A stretch of DNA of 64,000 bases from Octopus vulgaris (lineage: Eukaryota). This document shows positions 55,621 to 64,000 of this stretch, in pieces. How positions within the stretch are numbered: position 1 is the stretch's first letter; each line of letters begins with the position of its first letter. The notes under the pieces are model-generated. The model was not told where the DNA came from. It saw only the letters and a list, made by a program, of their open reading frames with translations, and ran no database searches. Where the stretch lies: assembly GCA_951406725.2 (NCBI GenBank), contig OX597831.1, positions 2,976,001-3,040,000 on the forward strand, read 5' to 3'. Position numbers and translations under genes: made by a program.

Positions 55621-56265
55621 GTGTAGACTATAGAGAGTATCTGTGGAGGAGGAGGAGGAGGAGGGTAAAGGGCAATTTGAGAAATGATTTGAGTAGAAAT
55701 TTGAGTGGCTGAGGCTACTCAACCAGTAGCCTCAGCTACAGAAGTGTGTGTGTGTGTGTGTGTGTAAAAAGCCATAGAATAGTATGAAAAGTAGTAAATG
55801 GTAATAAGCAGAATATTCCATTAGCAGTGAGAAAATTTTTGACATTGGGAGATGAAATGTCTGACACTCTCATTGCCAAAGACACTGTCTTTGTTTCAAT
55901 TAAATACGGAAATAATGAAGGATTTAATAAAATAGCTTCATCATTATTAATCCGGTGATTAAGATGGTGATCTGGCAGAATCACTAGTCTAGTGGCATGT
56001 TGTCTGTCCCTACATTCTGAATTCAAATTCTGCCAATGTCACCTTTGCCTTTCATCCTTACAGGGTTGATAAAAAAAAGTACCAGTTGAATACTGGGGTT
56101 GATGTAATCAATTTATCTCCTCCCACAAAATTGCTCTCTGCCAAAATTTGAAATCATTATTAATCCTTTGGTTGGAACATGATTTAATTTAGATTACTAT
56201 AACCTTTTAACATTCAAGTTGTTCTGTCAAATGTTATGATTCTTTATTCACATTATTTTGAATTA

Positions 56266-56777
56266 CCGTAAATCCTCGAGTATAATCCGCATTTCTTTCC
56301 CAAAATTTAAAGGTCAAAATCCCTAGTGCATACTATATACGAGGTTAAAAATGTAAAATATTTTCTAAGCAATGTCCAAGTCTCTATTTGCTGTCTGGCA
56401 ATGTTTATTCAGACGCATTTTGTGATGTCGGGTGCGAAAATACCTTAAGCTAAGCCTGAAAGCAATGAAGTCATAAAAGAATCATCCATAACTTGCAGTA
56501 AGCAACATTTATTAAACATTATTACTGTTATTTCTTTATTTTCTGCAAACAAAATGCACAAAAAAGCTACACATTTGCATTATGTTATATATACAATAAT
56601 AATAAAGGTCGTTACCGTATACATTTTTACAAACCAAGGACGTTATATAGACCTCCTTGACTCAAGTTAGTGAAGGGGTGCGTATTATACACAAGGTTTA
56701 GGTTTTCCAGAGGTACAGCCTCCTAAAAATCCCCTGCGTATTATACTCAAGGGCGGACTATACTCAAAGATTTATGG
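56266..56777. mobile_element. Tc2/pogo-type MITE nested in a family F MITE
   Basis: TA|CCGTAAATCCTCGAGTATAATCCGC and GCGGACTATACTCAAAGATTTATGG|TA; subterminal GCGTATTATAC repeats. Confidence 0.85.
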
Positions 56778-57176
56778 TAATCTTGCATTATCTCATAGCT
56801 TCAAGATTTCAATGATGTGATGGTTTACTTTTAGAATGATATTGTAAGCTGGATGTGAGAAGCCATTTCTGGCCAGTTTGAACATAACATTGGTAGAATA
56901 TTTTAGGCCAGATATAGCTGATTTAACTGTTAAAACAGGTGGGTTGATATCAGAAGGACTGAATTAGCAAAAAATGAAGATGTAAATAATTTAGTATTGT
57001 TCCATGTTTTTTTCTACAATTTTTGTATTTCAGTATTTCAGCTTAACTGGTCATTGTTTCTCGGTTCTATTTATATATACACACACATGCACGCACACAC
57101 ATATATATGTATGTATTTATGTGTATATATGTATATATATATGTGTGTATTTAATGTATGTATGTATTTATATATA

Positions 57177-57240
<64 letters not shown>

Positions 57241-57254
57241 TATCGCAGAGTTAC

Positions 57255-57453
57255 TCATGAAACAGGAAGAAAGAGTGAGTGAAAGTTGTGGCGAAATAGT
57301 ACAACAGGGGTCGCCACCACCTGCTGCCGGAGCCTTGTGGAACTTTTAGGTGTTTTTGTTCAATAAACACACACAACACCTGGTCTGGGAATTGAAACTG
57401 CGATCCTCCGACCGCGAGTCTGCTGCCCTAACCACTGGGCCATTGCACCTCCA
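57255..57453 (-). mobile_element. Family D SINE 5' half
   Basis: Match to 8973 and 9472 heads. Confidence 0.85.
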
Positions 57454-57494
57454 CTGTTTACATGTATACTGAAACACATTTAAATACAAGCATA

Positions 57495-58285
57495 CTAGCA
57501 CTCTGTCAGTTACAATGAGGGTTCCAGTAGATCCGATCAATGGAACAGCCTGCTCACGAAATCAATGTGCTCTCCACAGGTACATGTACCCTTAACGTTG
57601 TTCTCAGGGAGATTCAGCAAGACACAGAGTGTGACAAGACTGATCCTTTGAAATACAGGTACTACTCCTATTTTGCCGGCTGAGTGGAGCAACTTGAAAT
57701 GAAGTGTGTTGCTTTAAGGACACAACGCATCATTGGGAATTGAACTTATAATGGAATGCAAGGTTTATGATATTGGAAGAATATTCCCTTCTCCCATTAT
57801 ATCTTGTTCTTCAGATGTAGTTTAGGCTCCGGCAGGCGAAGAAAGAAGTCTTTAAGTACAAATGCAATTTACAACCGGTTTATTTACAAGTTTCACAGAA
57901 CAGGTGAAGTGTGTTGCTCTCAGAAACCATCTCGAGCTGTGTGAGTGGTGTTGTATCTCCATTAGTGTGGACACATTGCCTCTGGAGGCACAACATGCAG
58001 ACGGGCCCAGCCAGTGAAGTGTGCTCAGCAAGCGCTGCTACGTAGAAGCGGAGAGAGATATCGAATCTGTTTCTGTTTTACCCTTATATACAGTTTGCCA
58101 CTGCGAGCCTTGTTGTGATCTCACGCATGGCAAATGGATGCAGGTGAGGTCTCGCTCCAGTCTCGGAGATGGCAATGACTGCCGCGAGATCTCATCCAAT
58201 ATGGTGCTGACTGCTTGTGCCACTACAAACTCATGAATCTACTATCACGAGTCAAATAACATTGCCACTAAGCTACACGCCTTCA
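57495..58285 (-). mobile_element. E-headed SINE with D-type tail, split by a solo LTR
   Basis: 57495-57660 matches the 9680-9850 tail; head resumes at 58228. Confidence 0.75.
57747..58227 (-). mobile_element. Solo LTR (Gypsy-like)
   Basis: Termini TATAATGG (decayed TGTAGTGG) / CCACTACA; 4-bp TSD AACT; minus-strand TATATAA box followed by AATAAA. Confidence 0.75.
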
Positions 58286-58579
58286 TGCAAACATACACAT
58301 GAATATGATTTCAATGAAGACACAGACTAACCCACTCATACACACATACAAGAAGATATGCATGGGTTTCAAATTTTAGCACAAAGCCAGCAACATCGAG
58401 AGAGGAGGCAAGGTGATTTCATCAACCCCCAGTACTCAACTTCTACTTGGATTGGAATTTTATTGATTGAGAAAGGATGGAAAGTAAAGTTAACCTTGGT
58501 GGGATTTGGATACAGAGTGAAGGGACCAGGAATGAACACAACAATCCCATGCTCTGTGATTCAGCAAATTTGCCCCTTA

Positions 58580-58866
58580 AATGATGACAATGATGATGAG
58601 GAGAGGGTTGATGGGGATAATAATGATGACAATACTAGTGGCGATGATGATGATGATGATGATGACAACGACAAAGATGATAATGACAGTAATGGTATTG
58701 AAGACAGTGATAGTGATTATGATGACGAGGATGCTGATGATGATGACACTGAATGTTATAACGATGATGATGACAATGATGGACATGATGATGATGATGG
58801 CACTGAATACTATAACGATGGTGATGACAATGATGGATGTGATAATGATGATGATGATGATTATGA

Positions 58867-58900
<34 letters not shown>

Positions 58901-59030
58901 GGTGGTGGTGGTGATGACGATGGTGATGGCAGTGATGATGATGGTGATGATGATGGTGACGATGATGGTGATGGTGATGATGATGATGACAATAATGACA
59001 ACGACAATAAGAGATGATGACAACAATGCT
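58580..59030. repeat. (GAT)/(GGT) degenerate microsatellite
   Basis: Directly visible. Confidence 0.95.
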
Positions 59031-59748
59031 GCTGCTGTTGTTGTTGGTGAAATGAAGCTGGTAATCATATGTAAAATGAAAAGCAAAACAAAAACAAAAA
59101 ACAGGAAAAAAAAATTACAGGCAAAAATAAAGATGAAGAAAATAACTTTTCTTCCATCATTCCAGAGACGAAATTATGACTCACAGGGAGTGTATTTGTT
59201 GACGATGCATGGATGGGATTTTTTTGCTTACCAGCTTTTTGATAATTTTAGTTTATTTTATACATATCCAATTAGGCGAAAATAAGCTTCATCATTTACA
59301 AATGTTTCTTTTTAAGTTTGAATTCCTAAGCCCTGCTTTCCTGTTTTATTTTTGTTCGTTTTTGCTTTTTTCTTTTTCCCACTTCAGTAAAAAGTTTAGA
59401 AAATTTCCTACTTTATGGTCAATGGGGAATTTATTTGGAATTAATTCTCCGTGTGAAGAAAATATTAACTACAAACAAGGAGGTTATATAATGTAAAAAC
59501 TTCAGTTATTTTTGGCCAGCCCTGAGTGCAAGGAAATAAGTATGTCCATATTGTGTTTTTAAATTTTAGTAATTATAGGCATAGGAGTGGCCGTGTGGTA
59601 AGTAGCTTGCTTATGAACCATATGGTTCCGGGTTCAGCCCCACTGTGTAGAACCTTGGTCAAGTGTCTTCTACTATAGTCTCAGGCCAACCAAAGCCTTG
59701 TGAGTGGATATGGTTGATGGAAACTGAAAGAAGCCTGTTGTATATATG

Positions 59749-59786
<38 letters not shown>

Positions 59787-59924
59787 TATCACTGTGATCA
59801 CTGTGACCAACCAAGCCATCAGATGTTGCTACACATCGCTGGTTACAATGCACTTCACATTGTTTTAGCCTTCAAATGACGCCACCCCGCTGGCTAAGCG
59901 AGCAGGCCAATATATATATGTATA

Positions 59925-59981
<57 letters not shown>

Positions 59982-59983
<2 letters not shown>

Positions 59984-60169
59984 TGGAGTAAACACATAAA
60001 TGTGAAACAAGGTGGAAAAAAGAGTACTCAAATACCAGTGGTAGAGTAATATGCTTTATTTAAAGCAGCAGAAAATTCAACAAAACCTGTTACTCTGAGT
60101 TTCCCATTGCCGTTCATCGGGAAACTCAGAGTAACAGGTTTTGTTGAATTTTCTACTGCTTTAAATAAA

Positions 60170-60170
<1 letters not shown>
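59982..60170 (-). mobile_element. (TA)n-flanked cassette with hammerhead-like motif and 52-bp fold-back
   Basis: Arms 60054-60105 and 60119-60170 (one mismatch); minus strand CCGATGA-ACG(GCAA)TGG-GAA-ACT(CAG)AGT-A-ACAG. Confidence 0.7.
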
Positions 60171-60218
<48 letters not shown>

Positions 60219-60221
<3 letters not shown>

Positions 60222-60412
60222 CCGCATGTATATTGTTGGCAATTTGTTTCCTCCGTCTTCCCTTCCTTGGACTTTTCCTTTTTCTATGTTTCTGACGAAG
60301 AGCTCCACTCGAAATGTTAAATCCGCCTTCTTTCTTTCCTTTCCTGAGCGTCCAATAACACTATACTTGTTCCACGTCCTCGCGCTGTTGTGTTTTCATG
60401 TTTGGATTAACT
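60219..60412 (+). mobile_element. (TA)n-flanked cassette with hammerhead-like motif (60288-60322)
   Basis: GTTT-CTGACGA-A-GAGC(TCC)ACTC-GAAA-TG-TT-AAAT; canonical CUGANGA core. Confidence 0.7.
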
Positions 60413-60421
60413 ATATATGTA

Positions 60422-60462
<41 letters not shown>

Positions 60463-61044
60463 ATATGTTTGTGTGTCTGCGTTTGTCCCTCCCAACATCA
60501 CTTGGCAACCAATGCTGGTGTGTTTACGTCCCCGTAACTTAGCGGTTCGGCAAAAGATACCAATAGAATAAGTACTACGCTTACAAAGAATAAGTCCCGG
60601 GGTCGATTTGCTCAACTAAAGGCAGTGCTCCAGCATGGCCACAGTCAAATGACTGAAACAAGTAAAAGAGTAAAAGAGAGTAAGAGGGTAAAGATATGAA
60701 GCTTTTATACCGTTCCAAATAGTTGTTATTTGAATGAATGAATGCAAGCCTTTTATTCCCTGTTTTATCTTTTATTCTTTATTTGTTTCAGTTATTGGAA
60801 TGCAGCCATGCAGGGGTACAGCCTTGAGGTTTTAGTCAAGCATATTAATTTAAGTATCTATTTTTATTCTTTTTTTCTTTTTCTGAGTGTCCGGTACTCT
60901 TTTGATCTCTTTTTGCTGAACAGCTAAGTTAAGAGAGACGTAAACAGACCAAACCACACCAGATGTCAAGTGGTGGTGGTGGTGGTGGTGGGAACACAAA
61001 TAATTAACACAAAGACAACTACACATAGACATATATGTACACAT

Positions 61045-61680
61045 ATGGTTGTGTGGTAAGAAGCTTGCTTCCCAACCACATGGTTCCCGGTTCAGTCCCA
61101 CTGCGTAGTTTCTTAGCCAAGTGTCTTCTACTATAGCCTTGGGCCGATCAAAGCCTTGTGAGTGGATTTGGTAAGCAGAAACTGAAAGGCGGCAAGCTGG
61201 CAGAAACGTTAGCACGCCAGGCGAAATACTTAGCGGTATTTCGTCTGTCCTTACGTTCTGAGTTCAAATTCTGCCGAGGTCGACTTTGCCTTTCATCCTT
61301 TCGGGGTCGATAAATTAAGTACCAGTTACGCACTGGAGTCGATGTAATCGACTTAATCCCTTTGTCTGTCCTTGTTTGTCCCCTCTGTGTTTAGCCCCTT
61401 GTGGGCAATAAAGAAATAAGAAACTGGAAGATGCCCATCATATATAAATGTGTGTGTTTGTATGTGTATGTGTCTGTGTTTGTCCCCCACCACGGCTTGA
61501 CAACTGGCGTTGGTGTGTTTAAGTCCATGTAACTTAGCAGTTCAGCAAAACAGACCGATAGAATAAATACCAACCTAAGAAAAGAAAATAAATACTGGGA
61601 TCGATTGATTTGACTAAAATATTCTCAGAAGCGGGTGCCCCAGTATGGCCACAATCTAATGACCGAAGCAAGTAAAAACA
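61045..61680 (+). mobile_element. Family B SINE with nested family A (61188-61417)
   Basis: Duplicated AGAAACTGAAAG/AGAAACTGGAAG flanks the A copy. Confidence 0.88.
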
Positions 61681-63816
61681 AAAACATAAAAACAAAAATA
61701 TGTGCAACAATATGCCTTCTTTAAACCCTTTCTTTTCTGTACTTTTACTGTGTCATTCCGTTTATAGCAACAACGATTCAACCTAGTTATCTTTTTTCTT
61801 TATTATTTTGTATTATTTTGTATTATCTTTGTTTCTGCGAGTCTCTCTCCTTTCATTGGTAATCTTCTATCATCCTTTTACTCTCTCTCTCTCTCACACA
61901 CACTCCCTCTCTCTCTCAGTTGCATTCCCTAAAATTTCTCTCTTTGATTTTCACTCACCCTTAAGCTATCCGTTTTATTTTCCCCTTCTCATCTCTTTTC
62001 TCCTCCTTGCTTTCTAGAAGCTTTCTCACTTGGACTCTATCTATCTCTCTTTATTTCTATCTCCCCCCTATTCCATTATTCATTTCACTCTTTTTCCGTT
62101 TTCTCTTTCTCCATTTCTCTTCCTTCATAATCATTTCATAATTGTATCTCTACTCCCCCCCCCGTCTACAGCTCTTCTTCTCTCTTTCCCCCTCTCACCT
62201 TCCCTTCTCCTACATATCTCTCTACAAATATTTGGTTTTCCAAACAGCATTTTGAGTAGAAACTTTATAAAAACAAATCCGAAAGGTAAAGGAAAAAGGA
62301 AGAACACGAAAAAAAAAAAAGCAAAACCCAAGGTGGGAGAATGAATCCATTAGGAAAGTTGATCGTCTGCTAGACACAGAGGCATACAACATCATGGCCA
62401 GGATATTGGAGAACTCCAATAATGTCACCAGCATCACTACTTTTATAAACCGAATCAGCAACTCTGCTATCACCAACACCATGACTACCACCAGCTCTGT
62501 CACAGCATCACTACCACCACTATTTATGCTGTAACTATTACCACTATACCCTCACCATCGACTTATACACCGTCGCCATTATCATGACTTCTCTCTATTA
62601 TTACTACCGCTTCCCCCACCATCGACTTTTACACCGTCGCCACCATCATGACTACTATCTATCGTTACTCCCCCCCCCCCAATCATCGCCGCCACCACCA
62701 TCATCATTGAGTGCTTTAGCTTCGCCACCATCACCGTCATTATCACTACAGCAACAGCAGCATTCCTGACTTCGGCAGTTGTCGGCAGTCGTCGTCATCC
62801 TAAACATTTTTTAAAACAACCCTGTCGGACTCTGAAAAAAGAAAGAAGTTAACATCAATTGCTACGAAATGTTGTTGACTGAAAGAATTTTCAAACGTAA
62901 CAAACTCGGTAGTTTCGCGGGGGATAAAAGCCTTTATATATTAAAAAAGAGGAGAAAACCGTCTCCTACCAAAAAAAACCCAAAAAAATCCAATCAGTTA
63001 CAAAGACGAAAATTAAAGCTTTAGCTTCCCATCAAGCCAGCCATGTTAAGAGTTATTAGAGAAGCTTATTAGTTCTATTTTCTTTATTAATGTTACAGCT
63101 TCCCTCTCTCTGTCGTTTCTTAATAATTCCTCCCCCTCTCTCTATTCTTAGTTCCTTTTTCCTATTCTCTCACTCTCGCTTTCAATTTCTCTCTCTCTCA
63201 ATTCTTCCACTTCCTCCCCCAATACCTTCTCAATTGCTTTTACTCTATCTTAATTGTTCCTCCCATTCTCACACATTCACTTTACTATTTCTCTTTCAAA
63301 ATACTCTCTCTTCTCTCTTTTTTCCTCTTTCCGTCCCATTTTTTCCCTCTCATTTCATCTTCCTCTCTCTCCCTCTCTCCCCCTCTCCCTCCCTCCTGTA
63401 TACTCTCTACCTCTTAGAGATTCTCTTCCCATTCCCCTCGCTCTCACTCATCTCTTTCCCCCCTGCTCTTCCTCCTCCTCCTCCTCCTCCCTTACTACTC
63501 CCTCCTTATCCATTCTTCCTTTACAACATACAACATCAAAGTTACCAGTAAAATTTATGCATGGTGAGAGTTGTGCTCGGAATGTTTAATTACTTTACAC
63601 GCTTGGATCCAGATAGATTTCTTCATATGCATTCGATTTTCCTCGGAACATAACAAAGGTAAAAAGAAACAAAACAGGAAACAGTGAAATTAGTTCAATT
63701 TTATCATTATATTTATTATTATTATTATTATTTATTATTACTATTATTATTACTATTATTATTATTATTATTATTATTATTGTTTTTCCCCCCTCCCTCC
63801 ACATAACATATATCTC

Positions 63817-63869
<53 letters not shown>

Positions 63870-64000
63870 TCCATACTCTTAATTCATCATTCTCTGCAGA
63901 GTATCTGGCAATTTTCATCTTTTTCAGGACAAGATGAAAAATGAAATTGAATTTTTATATTTAAAAAAAAAAAAAAAAAAAGAGAGAGAAAGAAGTTAAA

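Larger units (their letters stand above)
59578..60685 (+). mobile_element. Family B SINE whose internal (TA)n hosts three insertions
   Basis: 5' half 59578-59745, 3' half about 60440-60685; inserts at 59787-59910, 59982-60170 and 60219-60412. Confidence 0.85.

Noticed and set aside
58358-59017. 219-aa Asp-rich ORF (acidic biomineral-like protein)
   Set aside because: The N-terminus derives from a degenerate A' SINE and the rest is (GAT)n; no signal peptide or splice support.
62330-62530. Protein-like frame WENESIRKVDRLLDTEAYNIMARILENS...
   Set aside because: No recognisable domain, no polypyrimidine acceptor upstream, and it runs into (CAC/CAT) low-complexity sequence.
63545-63700. Possible conserved microRNA
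   Set aside because: No mature sequence I recognise and no convincing hairpin by eye.

Overview
AT-rich, repeat-saturated animal (eukaryotic) DNA. I could not support any host protein-coding exon, so this is probably a large intron or gene desert. The repeat complement (tRNA-headed CORE- and Nin-domain SINEs, very dense (TA)n/(GATA)n/(TAA)n/(GAT)n microsatellites) suggests an octopus/cephalopod genome; this is inference. Contents: dozens of copies of about five SINE families (my labels A-E), R4/Dong and RTE LINE remnants, three DD37D (maT-type Tc1/mariner) remnants, several MITEs with clear TIRs/TSDs, a solo LTR, a 54/56-bp minisatellite and one tRNA-Arg(UCU) copy. The most interesting signals are: (1) seven short cassettes sitting in (TA)n tracts that carry type-I hammerhead-ribozyme-like motifs, plus several similar (TA)n-flanked fold-back cassettes (Penelope/retrozyme-like); (2) a pre-tRNA-Arg fused at its oligo-U end to a SINE tail, resembling a SINE birth intermediate; (3) a GC-rich LINE fragment in (GATA)n that shares its 3' end with SINE family A (candidate partner LINE); (4) an inverted pair of DD37D elements forming a composite-transposon-like unit. 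Nearly all ORFs in the supplied track are microsatellite or SINE artefacts. Coordinates were read by eye, and boundaries of degenerate repeats are approximate.
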